64,000 bases of DNA from an uncultured Solirubrobacterales bacterium (GCA_963708115.1 CAVPRX010000002.1:452092-516091), one strand, 5' to 3'; numbered from the stretch's first letter, positions 26,358 through 36,638 are shown. Made by a program: numbers and translations. Notes: generated by a model not told the origin, from the sequence alone.

Positions 26358-26997
26358 ATCCCGAGCGCCTTCGCCGTCCGCTTGGCGCGGCCCGAGCCCG
26401 CTTCGTCGAGGACGCGGGTCAGCGCCACGACGTCCGCCGGCGTGTCGAGGTCAAGGCCGAGGGAGGGCAGCTCCTCGACCGCATAGGGCACGCCGGCCTC
26501 GCGGGCGGCGGCGACGTGACGAGCGCAGCTGCCCTCGCCGAAGGCCGGCCGGATTGCCCAGGCGGGGCGAGGGCGAGAGCGTTGGTGCCGGTGCCGTGGC
26601 GGTCGGGGACGATGGCGACGAAGCGCTCCGGCAGGCCCGTCAACAGTCTGTCCAGCTCCCTGGGGTCGAGCAGCGGGCAGTCCCCCGGCAGGAGGACGAC
26701 GCACTCGGCGCCGTCCGCTTCCGCCCGGGCGATCCCGGCCAGCGCAGCCGGCACGTGGCCCTCGTCGAAGGGATCGGGAAGCACCTCCGCGGCGCTCGCC
26801 GCGACGATCTCCTGCGCCATCGGGTCGCCGCTGACCACGATCGTCCGCTCGATCGACCGCGCCCCGGCGATCGCTTCGAGCGTGTCTTCCAGCATCGCCG
26901 CGACCAACGCCTCGCGCCGTTCGTCGTCGATTCCCGCGGCAAGGCGCCGCTTCGCCCCGGAGAAGCGCTTCACCGGCAGTACCGCGGTTGCCCTCAC
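26354..26997 (-). pseudogene. cofC: 2-phospho-L-lactate guanylyltransferase (CofC/FbiD) with an apparent 1-nt frameshift near 26565
   Basis: The N-terminal 140 aa are in the frame of ORF 26419..27489 (VLPVKRFSGAKRRL...LLPGDCPLL...GTGTNALALAPPG). The C-terminal 70 aa are in the frame of ORF 26354..27049 (IRPAFGEGSCARHVAAAREAGV...LDLDTPADV). The total length of 644 nt is one short of a multiple of 3. GTGA overlap with cofD. Confidence 0.7.
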
Positions 26998-27920
26998 CCT
27001 TCGGCGAGGTCGGCGGCGTAGTCGAGCACGATCCGTGCCAGGCGGGCACGGCCCGCGGCGCCGTCCATCAGCGTCGGCGCGGCGAGGGTCGGGATCCCCT
27101 CCGGAGGCGGATCGGGATCGTCCGCGTCGGCGACCATCGCGTCGATCAGGCCGGTGTAGAGCGAGGCGACGCCGGCCGCGGTCGAGGGGCGGCCGAGGGC
27201 TGCCATGAAACGCTCCGTCGGTCCCTTGACGACCGCGCCCGCGACGAAGGGGCTGACGGCGACCACGGGCGCTTCGGAGGCGGCGATCGCCTCGCGCATG
27301 CCGGGCACGGCGAGGATCGGCCCGATGCTGATCACCGGGTTCGACGGCCCGATCACGATCGCCTCGGCGTCCTTCAGCGCTGCCAACACCTCCGCGCTCG
27401 GCTCCGCCTCGGCGATCCCGTCCAGCTCGACGCCCTGCACGTCGGCGGCGCCGCCGTCGAGGATCAGGTACTCCTGCAGCCCACGCCACCCGGCCTCGGT
27501 CAGCACTCTGGTCCGCACCGGCGCGTCGCTCATCGGCAAGACCCGGGCGGCGACGCCGAGCCCGCGGGAGATCTGCGCCTGCGCGTCGGTCTGTCGCCCG
27601 CCCTCGTCGATGAACTGGCGCCGGTAGAGGCAGGCGGCGAGGTCGCGGTCGGAGAGGCTGAACCAGTCCGGTGCCCCCAGCCGTGAGAGCCGCTCGAAGA
27701 CGGTGAAGCTGTCGTCGCGGATTCCCCAGCCACGCTCGGCGTCGATCTCGCCGCTGAGCCAGTAGGTGACCAGGTCGGGGTCGGGGGAGACGTGGACGCC
27801 GAGCACCTCGACGTCGTCGGCGGTGTTGGCGATCACCGCCAGATCGGCGCCGATCTCCTCCTGTATGCCGGCACCGAGCTTGGCGCCGCCGGTGCCGCCG
27901 GCGAGCAGCGCGACCCTCAT
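26994..27920 (-). CDS. cofD: 2-phospho-L-lactate transferase
   Basis: MRVALLAGGTGGAKL...IANTADD...SGWGIRDDSF...IGPSNPVISIGPIL is the CofD/FbiA signature. Confidence 0.85.
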   Translation of the reverse strand: MRVALLAGGTGGAKLGAGIQEEIGADLAVIANTADDVEVLGVHVSPDPDLVTYWLSGEIDAERGWGIRDDSFTVFERLSRLGAPDWFSLSDRDLAACLYRRQFIDEGGRQTDAQAQISRGLGVAARVLPMSDAPVRTRVLTEAGWRGLQEYLILDGGAADVQGVELDGIAEAEPSAEVLAALKDAEAIVIGPSNPVISIGPILAVPGMREAIAASEAPVVAVSPFVAGAVVKGPTERFMAALGRPSTAAGVASLYTGLIDAMVADADDPDPPPEGIPTLAAPTLMDGAAGRARLARIVLDYAADLAEG

Positions 27921-27936
27921 CGCGGCCCGCTCCGCT

Positions 27937-28629
27937 TCACGCCCAGTGGTCTCCCTCCGGGAGCCCGGTGAGCTTGATCCCGGCGTGGGTCTTGTAGCGG
28001 ACGTTGACCGAGATCAGCAGCGGGGTCAGCTGCTCGACGATCCGCGCGGTCTCCAGCGGGCCGGCGTTTACGGGGTGCAAGCCGGGGATCAGCTCGATCA
28101 GGCGGGCGACTCGCGCCTTGTCGGCCTTGCGGTCGCCGCAGACCAGCACGTCCTCGTCCAGCACGGCGTCGGGGTCGTTGAGGCTGGGCGCACCGACCGT
28201 GTGCAGGGCGGCTACCACGGTGACCCCGTCCGGCACCATCTCCTGCGCCTGCTGCGCAGCCGACCCCTGCCAGACGCCCAGGGTCCGGGTCGCTTTGCCG
28301 CTCACCGCCGCAGCGAGCGGAACGGTGCAGTCGACCAGGATCTGGCCGGGCTGCAGCGCCTCGCGCAGGTTGTTCAAGTTCTCCGACTGGGCCCGGAAGG
28401 GGACAGTGAGGAAGACGACCTCGGCCCTCTTCGCGGCCTCCTCGTTGAGCAGGCCCTCGACCTCCGCGCCGGGCACGGCCTCGCGCAGCTTCGCCGCCGC
28501 CTCCTCGGCCCGCTCCGCCGAGCGCGAGCCGAGCACAACCGAGCGCCCCGCCTTCGCCCAGCGCAGGGCGAGGCCGGCGCCGAGGGCGCCGGTGCCACCG
28601 ACGATCGGGATCGGTTCGAGATCGCTCAC
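27937..28629 (-). CDS. npdG: NADPH-dependent F420 reductase
   Basis: IPIVGGTGALGAGLALRWAKAG, about 230 aa, located immediately upstream of cofD. Confidence 0.75.
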   Translation of the reverse strand: MSDLEPIPIVGGTGALGAGLALRWAKAGRSVVLGSRSAERAEEAAAKLREAVPGAEVEGLLNEEAAKRAEVVFLTVPFRAQSENLNNLREALQPGQILVDCTVPLAAAVSGKATRTLGVWQGSAAQQAQEMVPDGVTVVAALHTVGAPSLNDPDAVLDEDVLVCGDRKADKARVARLIELIPGLHPVNAGPLETARIVEQLTPLLISVNVRYKTHAGIKLTGLPEGDHWA

Positions 28630-28657
28630 AGGCGCGCCAGTCTATGCTCACCGCCCT

Positions 28658-29392
28658 ATGAGGCTGGAGGGACGAAAGGCGCTGGTCACCGGCGGCGCCA
28701 GCGGAATCGGCGCTGCGATCGCGGCGCGGCTCGCCGCCGAGGGCGCCGAGGTCTGGGTCGGCGACATCGACACCGAGGGCGCCGAGCGCATCGCCGGCGA
28801 GGTCAACGGCCACGCGCTGGCCCTCGACGTGACCGATCTCGACTCGGCAAGAGCGGCGGTGGAGGAGATCGGGACGCTCGACGTCCTCGTCAACAACGCC
28901 GGCACCGACGAGTTCGGCTTCTTCACCTACACGGCGCCCGAGCAGTGGCAGAAGGTGCTCGCGGTCAACCTCGGCGGCGTCCTCAACTGCACCCACGCCG
29001 CCCTGCCGGGAATGCAGCAGGCCGGCTACGGCCGCATCGTCAGCCTCTCTTCGGAGGCGGGCCGGGTCGGCTCCAAGGGGTCGGCCGTCTACTCGGCAGC
29101 CAAGGGCGGCATCGTCGCCTTCATGAAGGCGATCGCCCGCGAGAACGCCCGCTACGGCATCACCGCCAACTCGATCGCCCCGGGACCGATCGAGACTCCG
29201 CTGCTGATGGGCGCCAAGGAGTTCGGCGAGATCGGCGAGAAATTGATCGAGAACATGAAAGAGGGAACGCAGATGAAGCGCCTCGGTCAGCCCGACGAGG
29301 TAGCGGCGGCAGTCGCCTTCTTTGCCTCGGACGACGCCACCTACGTGACGGGGGAGACCCTCGGCGTAAGCGGCGGCCTCGGAATGGTCTGA
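28658..29392 (+). CDS. SDR-family oxidoreductase
   Basis: ATG 28658. Contains TGGASGIG, NNAG and YSAAK motifs. Confidence 0.8.
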   Translation: MRLEGRKALVTGGASGIGAAIAARLAAEGAEVWVGDIDTEGAERIAGEVNGHALALDVTDLDSARAAVEEIGTLDVLVNNAGTDEFGFFTYTAPEQWQKVLAVNLGGVLNCTHAALPGMQQAGYGRIVSLSSEAGRVGSKGSAVYSAAKGGIVAFMKAIARENARYGITANSIAPGPIETPLLMGAKEFGEIGEKLIENMKEGTQMKRLGQPDEVAAAVAFFASDDATYVTGETLGVSGGLGMV

Positions 29393-29483
29393 TGGCCGCG
29401 TAGTGGGCCAAGCGTCCCCTCCAACCACCTAGCGAGAGCCACCAAGGGGGGAGAATCGACGCATCTGACGCCTTTATGACCCT

Positions 29484-30407
29484 ATGGGGTCATCAACGCG
29501 TCATAAGTTGGGGCCGGGCGTCTGGCGGCTGGCCGCCATGCAGCACGGGGTGGTGACGCGAGGGCAGCTGCTCGAGCGTGGTTTGAGCGCCCAGGCGATT
29601 CAGCACCGGATCGGGAGGGGACGGCTGCACCCGGTCGAGCGGGGCGTCTACGCGGTGGGAAGGTCAGAGCTCAGTCAACGAGGCTGGTGGATGGCAGCGA
29701 CTTTGAGCTGTGGGTCTCGAGCTGCGCTGAGCTACGGCAGCGCCGCTGCCCTCTGGGGATTCGAGCGGGAGCGGCAAGGTCTAATCGAGATCTCGACCTC
29801 GTCACGCTCAGTTCGCCCACGTGACCGATTGCTGGTATATCGCCGGCCGAACCTGCGTGTGTGGGACGTGGTCATCGAGAGCGGGATACCCGTGACCTCC
29901 GTCGTGCGTACCCTCGTCGACGTCGCCGCGAGGCTCGACCGCGCGGCCCTGGAGCGGGCCGTGAGTGAAGCCGACAGGCTCGGTCTCATCGACCCAGAGG
30001 CGCTCGCCGAAGCGCTTTGCGATTACTCCGGCAAGCGCGGTGTCGGGCCCCTACGCGAGTTGCTGGAGGATCGCGCGTTTCGCCTCACCGATTCTGAGCT
30101 GGAGCGGCGGTTCATTCCGATTGCCCTCGAGGCGGGCCTTCCACCGCCGCTTACCCGTCAGCGAGTCAACGGATTTCGGGTTGACTTCGTCTGGCCGGAT
30201 CTCGGCTTAGTGGTGGAGACCGATGGACTGCGCTACCACCGCACTCCTGCTCAACAGGCGCGCGATCGTCTCCGCGACCAGACTCACACGGCTGCGGGCT
30301 TGACTCCGTTGCGGTTCACCCATGCGCAGGTCTGTTTCGAAGCCAAGCACGTTCGGGAGACGCTTCATTCTGTCGGGGTCAGGCTGGGCCAGGGGTGGAT
30401 TCGTTGA
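29484..30407 (+). CDS. DUF559 (Vsr-like endonuclease fold) protein with an AbiEi-type N-terminal HTH
   Basis: N-terminus has GVVTRGQLLERGLS...I..R...G.L..V..GVY. C-terminus has VDFVWPDLGLVVETDG..YH....Q...D..R, typical of DUF559. Confidence 0.65.
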   Translation: MGSSTRHKLGPGVWRLAAMQHGVVTRGQLLERGLSAQAIQHRIGRGRLHPVERGVYAVGRSELSQRGWWMAATLSCGSRAALSYGSAAALWGFERERQGLIEISTSSRSVRPRDRLLVYRRPNLRVWDVVIESGIPVTSVVRTLVDVAARLDRAALERAVSEADRLGLIDPEALAEALCDYSGKRGVGPLRELLEDRAFRLTDSELERRFIPIALEAGLPPPLTRQRVNGFRVDFVWPDLGLVVETDGLRYHRTPAQQARDRLRDQTHTAAGLTPLRFTHAQVCFEAKHVRETLHSVGVRLGQGWIR

Positions 30408-30459
30408 TCTCGAGCCACTTGCTCGTGAGGTACCGGATCGCACGGCATAAGCTCCGCCT

Positions 30460-31389
30460 ATGGACGAACTGCCGCGCAGCGTGCGGATCCGCGAGGTCGG
30501 TCCCCGCGACGGGTTCCAGAACGAGCCGGAGACGATCCCCACGGCCGAGAAGGTGCGGCTGATCGACATGCTCTCCGCCTCGGGGCTGAGGCGGCTCGAG
30601 GTGACTTCCTTCGTGCGGCCGGACGTGATCCCGCAGCTCTCCGACGCGGAGGAGGTGCTGGCAGCGGTGCAGCGTCGCGAGGGTGTCTCCTTCTCGGTCC
30701 TGATCCCAAACGAGCGGGGACTGGAGCGGGCGCTGGGCTTGCGCGACCGCTTCGATGAGATCAACGTCTTCGTCTCCGCTTCGGAGACCCACAACCGCAA
30801 GAACGTCAACCGCACGGTCGAAGAGTCGCTCGCCGGGCTGGAGCGGACGCTGGCGAGTGCGCGCGAGGCGGGGCTGCGCTGCGAGGGAGTGATCTCGACC
30901 TCCTTCGGCTGCCCCTACGAGGGCGAGGTTCCGTCAGACCGGGTCTTCGCGATCGCGGAGCAGCTTGCCGCCGCGGGTTGTGAGGAGATCGGCTTCGGCG
31001 ACACGACCGGGATGGCCAACCCGGTGCAGGTCGGTGAGTTCTTCGCCGCCGCACGCGAGCGACTTGGTGGCGCCGAGCTGACCGCGCACTTCCACAACAC
31101 GCGCGGCCAGGGCCTCGCCAACGTGCTGGCCGCGCTGGAGCAGGGCGTCGACTCCTTCGAGTCGAGCTTCGGCGAGCTCGGCGGCTGTCCGGTGCCCCCG
31201 GGCGCGACCGGCAACGTCTCCAGCGAGGACGTCGTCTCGATGCTGCACGAGATGGGGATCGAGACCGGGATCGACTTGTCGCGGCTGATCGAGGCCTCGC
31301 GTGCGGCACAGGAGACGCTCGGCCGCACGCTCGGCGCTCATGTGCTGACGGCCGGACCGGTTGACTGGCATCACGTCGCGGCCGAATAG
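30460..31389 (+). CDS. Hydroxymethylglutaryl-CoA lyase
   Basis: VRIREVGPRDGFQNE, EVTSFV, GDTTGMANP and HFHNTRGQGLAN motifs. Confidence 0.85.
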   Translation: MDELPRSVRIREVGPRDGFQNEPETIPTAEKVRLIDMLSASGLRRLEVTSFVRPDVIPQLSDAEEVLAAVQRREGVSFSVLIPNERGLERALGLRDRFDEINVFVSASETHNRKNVNRTVEESLAGLERTLASAREAGLRCEGVISTSFGCPYEGEVPSDRVFAIAEQLAAAGCEEIGFGDTTGMANPVQVGEFFAAARERLGGAELTAHFHNTRGQGLANVLAALEQGVDSFESSFGELGGCPVPPGATGNVSSEDVVSMLHEMGIETGIDLSRLIEASRAAQETLGRTLGAHVLTAGPVDWHHVAAE

Positions 31390-32920
31390 GCTCCCGCCCG
31401 TGACCGATTTCGCAAAGGCACTGGAGGCTGCGCTCGCCGGCGGGCCGCAGCGCCACCACGAGAAGACCGCCGAGCAGGGCAAGCTGCCGGTACGCGAGCG
31501 GGTCGAGCGCTTGGTCGACCCCGGCTCCTTCGCCGAGGAGGCTCTGCTGGCCAACTGGAACGAGGAGGGCCTCGGCGCCGACGGGGTCGTCACCGGACTG
31601 GCGACGATCGACGGTCGCCGCGTCGCGCTGATGGCCAACGACCCGACCGTGAAGGCGGGCTCGTGGGGGCCGAAGACGGTGGAGAAGATCCTCCGCATCC
31701 AGGAACGGGCGCTCTCGTTGCAGCTGCCGATGGTCTACCTGGTCGACTCGGCGGGGGCGCGGATCACCGACCAGGTGCAGATGTTCCCGGGCCGTCGCGG
31801 CGCCGGGCGGATCTTCCACAACGAGGTGCGGCTCTCGGGGCAGGTGCCGCAGATCTGCCTGCTGTTCGGGCCGAGCGCCGCCGGCGGCGCCTACATCCCG
31901 GCTTTCTGCGACGTGGTGATCATGCGCGAGGGCAACGCCTCGATGTACCTGGGGTCGCCGCGAATGGCCGAGATGGTGATCGGCGAGAAGGTGACGCTGG
32001 AGGAGATGGGCGGGGCGAAGATGCACACCGGCGTCTCCGGCTGCGGCCACTTCCTGGTCAAGAGCGACGAGGAGGCGATCGACCTCGCCAAGCGCTACCT
32101 CTCTTACATGCCGGGGAGCTGGCAGGAGGAGCCGCCGTCGACCGACCCGGTCGCGCCGGCTTCCGACACCGCGATCGCCGAGATCGTCCCCGCCGACGAG
32201 AACCAGCCCTTCGACATGCGCGAGGTCCTCGACGTCCTGCTCGATGCCGACTCGTTCCTCGAAGTCCACAAGCGCTGGGCCAAAGAGCTGATCGTCGGCT
32301 ACGGGCGGCTCGACGGCCGCGTCGTCGGCGTCGTCGCCAACCAGCCGCGCCAGAAAGGCGGCGTGCTCTTCGTCGACTCGGCCGACAAGGCGGCGCGCTT
32401 CATCCAGACCTGCAACGCCTTCAACGTGCCGCTGCTCTTCCTCGCCGACGTGCCCGGCTTCATGATCGGCACCGCGGTCGAGCGCCAGGGGATCATCCGC
32501 CACGGGGCGAAGATGATCAGCGCCGTCTCCGAGGCGACCGTGCCCAAGCTCAGCGTTGTCATCCGCAAGGCCTACGGCGCCGGCCTCTACGCGATGGCCG
32601 GGCCGGCCTTCGAGCCCGACTGCTGCATCGCCCTGCCGAGCGCCTCGATCGCCGTGATGGGGCCCGAGGCAGCGATCAACGCCGTCTTCTACAACCAAAT
32701 CCAGGCGATCGAGGACGAGACCGAGCGGGCCGCGTTCGTCGAGCGCAAACGCGAGGAGTACGCGGCCGACATCGACATCCTCCACCTCGCCTCGGAGATG
32801 GTCGTCGACGCGGTGGTCCAGCCGGAGGACCTGCGCGCCGAGATCGTGCGCCGCTTCGCGATGGCGGCGAGCAAGGATCGCTCCTTCGCCGAGCGACGCA
32901 ATCCCGTCACCCCCGCCTGA
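31361..32920 (+). CDS. Acyl-CoA carboxylase carboxyltransferase (methylcrotonoyl-CoA carboxylase beta-like) subunit
   Basis: Two carboxyltransferase halves (ANDPTVKAGSWGP, GPSAAGGAYIPAF, FLADVPGFMIG). The start is uncertain: TTG 31361 or GTG 31400. Confidence 0.8.
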   Translation: MTGITSRPNRLPPVTDFAKALEAALAGGPQRHHEKTAEQGKLPVRERVERLVDPGSFAEEALLANWNEEGLGADGVVTGLATIDGRRVALMANDPTVKAGSWGPKTVEKILRIQERALSLQLPMVYLVDSAGARITDQVQMFPGRRGAGRIFHNEVRLSGQVPQICLLFGPSAAGGAYIPAFCDVVIMREGNASMYLGSPRMAEMVIGEKVTLEEMGGAKMHTGVSGCGHFLVKSDEEAIDLAKRYLSYMPGSWQEEPPSTDPVAPASDTAIAEIVPADENQPFDMREVLDVLLDADSFLEVHKRWAKELIVGYGRLDGRVVGVVANQPRQKGGVLFVDSADKAARFIQTCNAFNVPLLFLADVPGFMIGTAVERQGIIRHGAKMISAVSEATVPKLSVVIRKAYGAGLYAMAGPAFEPDCCIALPSASIAVMGPEAAINAVFYNQIQAIEDETERAAFVERKREEYAADIDILHLASEMVVDAVVQPEDLRAEIVRRFAMAASKDRSFAERRNPVTPA

Positions 32921-32929
32921 GCCGGCGGC

Positions 32930-34909
32930 TCAGGCGTCCAGCGAGCCGGCAAGCTCGACGAACCAGTCGAGCGCGGCCGGGTTGGCCAGCGAGTCGCGGC
33001 TGGCGGCCTTCTCGGGCGGGGTGCCCATCAGGATTCGTTTGACCGGCACCTCGAGCACCTTGCCGCTGAGCGTGCGCGGCACCTCGGCGATCGGGAAGAC
33101 CTCGTCGGGGACGTGGCGCGGCGAGCAGTGCTCGCGCACGCGCCGGGCGATCTCGCGGCGCAGATCGTCATCCAGCTCGGTGCCCTCGCGGAGGACGACG
33201 AAGAGCGGCATCCAGCCCTCGGTGCCTGGGCGGGGGATGTCGACGACCAGCGCGTCGACGATCGCGTCGATGCCGAGCACGGCGCGGTAGATCTCGCTCG
33301 TCCCCATGCGGATGCCGGAGCGGTTGATGGTCGAGTCGGAGCGGCCGTAGATGACGGCGGTGCCGCGTGAGGTGATTTCGATCCAGTCGCCGTGCCGCCA
33401 GACGCCGGGGTACTGCTCGAAGTAGCTGGCGCGGTAGCGGCTGCCGTCGGGATCGCCCCAGAAGTAGACGGGCATCGAGGGCATCGGCTCGGTGACGACG
33501 AGCTCGCCGACTTCGTCGATCACCGAGTTGCCGTCCTCGTCCCAGGCCTCGACCGCGGCACCGAGCGCCCGTGCCTGCAGCTCGCCGCGGTAGACCGGCA
33601 GCAGCGGCGTGCCGCCGACGAAGGCCGTGCAGAGGTCGGTGCCGCCACTGGTCGAGAAGAGCCAGGTGTCGGCACCGAGCTGCTCGTAGATCCAGTCGAA
33701 GCCCTCGGGAGAGAGGGGGGAGCCGGTCGAGCCGACCGCCTTCAGGCGGCTGAGGTCGCGGCCTGCCGCGGGCTCGACGCCATCCTTCATGCAGGCGGCG
33801 ATGTAGGAGGCGCTGGTGCCGAACATCGTCACCTTGGCACGGGCAGCGAGGTCCCAGAGCACGCTCATGTCGGGGTGGCCGGGGCTGCCGTCATAGAGGA
33901 CGATCGCCGCCCGGGTCAGCAGTCCGGAGACGAGGAAGTTCCACATCATCCAGCCGGTCGTCGTGAACCAGAAGAGGCGGTCGCCGGGGTGGGCGTCGAC
34001 GTGGAGGTGGAGCTTCTTCAGGTGCTCCAACAGGATGCCGCCTTGGCCTTGCACGATCGCCTTCGGCAACCCGGTGGTCCCGGATGAGTAGAGGACCCAG
34101 AGCGGGTGCTCGAAGGGCACTCGCTCGAAGCCGAGCTCGGCCCCCTCGCCGGCGGCGAGCAGCTCGTCCCAGCGCGTCGCGTCGCGCAGTGACGAGAGGT
34201 CGGGGTTCGGGTCGAGGTAGGGGAGGACGACGGTGCGTCGCAGGCTCGGCATCGACGCCTGTAGCTCGGCGATCACATCGCGGCGGTCGAAGTCCTTGCC
34301 GCCGTAGCGGTAGCCGTCAACGGCGAAGAGCACCTTGGGCTCGATCTGGGCGAAGCGGTCGATCACGCTGGCTGGGCCGAAGTCGGGCGAGCAGCTCGAC
34401 CAGACGGCACCTATCGAGGCGGTGGCGAGGAAGGCGACGATCGCCTCGGGGATGTTGGGGACGTAGGCGACGACACGGTCGCCGCGCTCGACCCCGAGCT
34501 CGCGCAGTCCGGCGGCGACCGCCGCGACCTGGGCGCGCAACTCGCCCCAGCTCAGCTGGGCGAGCTCGCGCAGCTCCGAGGCGTGCAGGATGGCCGGCTC
34601 TGCGTCGTCCTTCCCGGCGAAGACGTGCTCGGCGTAGTTGAGGCGAGCGCCGGCGAACCACTCGGCCCCCGGCATCTCGCGCCTGTCGAGCACACCGTCA
34701 TAGCCGCCGTCGGCCTGCACTTCGAAGAAGTCCCAGATCGAGGCCCAGAAGCCCTCGACGTCCTCGACCGACCATTGCCAGAGCGCGTCGTAGTCGCCGA
34801 GCTCGAGCCCGCGATCGGTCGCCAACCAGCGCATGTACTCGGTCAGTCGCGCCCGCTCGATCAGCTCGGCCGGCGGCTCCCAGAGCTTTTCGGGCTTCGA
34901 GGCGCTCAC
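32930..34909 (-). CDS. Acetoacetate-CoA ligase (acetoacetyl-CoA synthetase)
   Basis: 659 aa. The N-terminus is LWEP...ERARLTEYMRWL...YDALWQWSVEDVEGFW, with the AMP-binding motif YSSGTTGLPK. Confidence 0.85.
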   Translation of the reverse strand: MSASKPEKLWEPPAELIERARLTEYMRWLATDRGLELGDYDALWQWSVEDVEGFWASIWDFFEVQADGGYDGVLDRREMPGAEWFAGARLNYAEHVFAGKDDAEPAILHASELRELAQLSWGELRAQVAAVAAGLRELGVERGDRVVAYVPNIPEAIVAFLATASIGAVWSSCSPDFGPASVIDRFAQIEPKVLFAVDGYRYGGKDFDRRDVIAELQASMPSLRRTVVLPYLDPNPDLSSLRDATRWDELLAAGEGAELGFERVPFEHPLWVLYSSGTTGLPKAIVQGQGGILLEHLKKLHLHVDAHPGDRLFWFTTTGWMMWNFLVSGLLTRAAIVLYDGSPGHPDMSVLWDLAARAKVTMFGTSASYIAACMKDGVEPAAGRDLSRLKAVGSTGSPLSPEGFDWIYEQLGADTWLFSTSGGTDLCTAFVGGTPLLPVYRGELQARALGAAVEAWDEDGNSVIDEVGELVVTEPMPSMPVYFWGDPDGSRYRASYFEQYPGVWRHGDWIEITSRGTAVIYGRSDSTINRSGIRMGTSEIYRAVLGIDAIVDALVVDIPRPGTEGWMPLFVVLREGTELDDDLRREIARRVREHCSPRHVPDEVFPIAEVPRTLSGKVLEVPVKRILMGTPPEKAASRDSLANPAALDWFVELAGSLDA

Positions 34910-35799
34910 CCGGTCGCCGTCGGGGTGCCGGCCTTCGCCTGTTCGCGCGCCAGCTCGTGCGGGTCGTGTGAGCAGAGGAGGGTGATCTCTTCGCCGTGGC
35001 GGGCGGCCAGCTCCTGCAGTCGGTCGCGGTTGCGCCTGCGGGCCTTGCCGTCGTCGGCGTTGAGGAGCTGGAAGAAGCGCAGTCCGGGCGGGCAGCTCGG
35101 CGGCGTCTCGATCTCACCGTGGTTGAAGTAGGCGTCGCCGCAGTGCAAGAGCCAGCCGTCGCCCGTCCGCAGCGCCACGCCGGTGTGGCCGCGCGAGTGG
35201 CCGAAGAGCGGGATCAGCAGCACCTCGGAGTCGAGGCCGGGCAGGATGCGGACGCTCTCGAAGCCGAACCACTCGTCGCCGTCGCGGTCGTGCCTGACCC
35301 AGCGCGGGCCGTGCTTCCAGTGGACGGCCGGGTAGCGCAGCTTGTCCTTGAAGCTCGGCTGTAGCGCCGCGTCGAGCTCGGTGGAGAGAATGTGCACCTC
35401 GGCTTGGGGGAAGTCGGGCAGCCCGCCGGAGTGGTCGGGGTCGAGATGGGTGACGACGATCTGGCGCACGTCGGCGGCGCCGAAGCCGAGCGCCTCGAGC
35501 TGTTTCAGCGCCGTGGTCTCGGGCTTGGGTTCGGCGTTCATCAGCCCGAAGATCGCGCCGAGCTGGCGCGGGTTGCGCGCGTCCTCGATGCCGAAGCCGG
35601 TATCGACCAGGACCAGCCCCTCGCCGGTCTCGATCGCCAGGCAGTGGCAGACGACGTGGCCCTTTTCGCGTAGCCCGCCCTCGCCGTTGATCAGGCGTCT
35701 GCCGTGGGGGCAGAGCGAGCCGCAGTTGAGGTGGTGCACCTTCACCGGCGCGAGTCTAGTGCGGAACCGCGAATGCGCGGTCCAGGTTTGATCCGGCAT
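34906..35799 (-). CDS. MBL-fold metallo-hydrolase
   Basis: Contains the VTHLDPDHSGG metallo-beta-lactamase motif. Stop overlaps the next start as GTGA. ATG 35799 preferred to TTG 35808. Confidence 0.7.
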   Translation of the reverse strand: MPDQTWTAHSRFRTRLAPVKVHHLNCGSLCPHGRRLINGEGGLREKGHVVCHCLAIETGEGLVLVDTGFGIEDARNPRQLGAIFGLMNAEPKPETTALKQLEALGFGAADVRQIVVTHLDPDHSGGLPDFPQAEVHILSTELDAALQPSFKDKLRYPAVHWKHGPRWVRHDRDGDEWFGFESVRILPGLDSEVLLIPLFGHSRGHTGVALRTGDGWLLHCGDAYFNHGEIETPPSCPPGLRFFQLLNADDGKARRRNRDRLQELAARHGEEITLLCSHDPHELAREQAKAGTPTATG

Positions 35800-35844
35800 G
35801 CGGCGCAAACCTCGACCGCACTCGCGGTCTATCGTTCGGCCCGC

Positions 35845-35928
35845 GCCGGAGTGGCGGAATTGGCATACGCGATCGGCTCAAAATCGATTGCCCTTACGGG
35901 CTTGTGGGTTCGAGTCCCACCTCCGGCA
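35845..35928 (+). tRNA. tRNA-Leu(CAA)
   Basis: Acceptor GCCGGAG/CTCCGGC. Anticodon arm ATCGG-CTCAAAA-TCGAT. Long extra arm GCCC-TTAC-GGGC. T-arm GTGGG-TTCGAGT-CCCAC. Discriminator A. Confidence 0.85.
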
Positions 35929-35936
35929 TCCCTGGC

Positions 35937-35996
35937 GACGCCGCACGCTGCGCGGTGCGGCGTCCTCAGTCGGCCAAATAGCGCTGCTATTCGGCC
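35937..35996. terminator. Two GC-rich hairpins between tRNA-Leu and the convergent membrane-protein gene
   Basis: GACGCCGCAC-N8-GTGCGGCGTC at 35937-35964 and GGCCAAATAGC-GCT-GCTATTCGGCC at 35972-35996. There is no clear U-tract. Confidence 0.35.
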
Positions 35997-36037
35997 TCCC
36001 TGCGTCCTTGCCCCGCTTGGTCCGGCGCCGCCAGGAC

Positions 36038-36583
36038 CTACGCGGGCTGAGGAGCGTCGGGGTCCGGCCGTGCGCCGGCGCCGTAGTCCTCGCCGGAGCC
36101 GATCGGGCGCTCCTCCTCGACGTGCCAGTCCTGGCTGAAGCCGTAGAAGCAGGCGACGACCAGGATGATCTGGAGCAGCATCAGGATGATCACCAGCAGG
36201 CCGATCAGCGAGACCGGGATCAGCGCGTCTTCGAAGCCCGGCTTGTCGCGAGCGAACCAGCTGTTGGCGCCGACCGCGCAGAAGATCGCCAGGATCGTCG
36301 AGAGCGAGGCGGCGACGGGGAGGATGCCGCGGCTCCAGCGCAGCCCGACGAGATAGGAGAAGAAGGCGTAGAGGCCGGCGAAGATCAGGCAGAGGGCGCC
36401 CATCGCACCACCCCCGCTGAGCAGCGAGAAGCCGCCGATCGTCACCAGGGCGGCAACTACAGCCGTTGCGAGCATCAGAAATGCGATCACGAACCTGGTC
36501 GTGATCACGTCGGCCTTCTCCCGATTCGGGTGCCAGAGCTCGTACCCCGGCGTTACCTCTCCTACCGCCACGCCGACGATCAT
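36038..36583 (-). CDS. Hypothetical integral membrane protein (4-5 TM helices)
   Basis: Clean ORF with hydrophobic helices and an acidic tail. Confidence 0.55.
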   Translation of the reverse strand: MIVGVAVGEVTPGYELWHPNREKADVITTRFVIAFLMLATAVVAALVTIGGFSLLSGGGAMGALCLIFAGLYAFFSYLVGLRWSRGILPVAASLSTILAIFCAVGANSWFARDKPGFEDALIPVSLIGLLVIILMLLQIILVVACFYGFSQDWHVEEERPIGSGEDYGAGARPDPDAPQPA

Positions 36584-36638
36584 AGAATCTATGCGCGACG
36601 ATGCGGCATTGGCCGCTGGTTAAGCACCGCAAGGGTGG

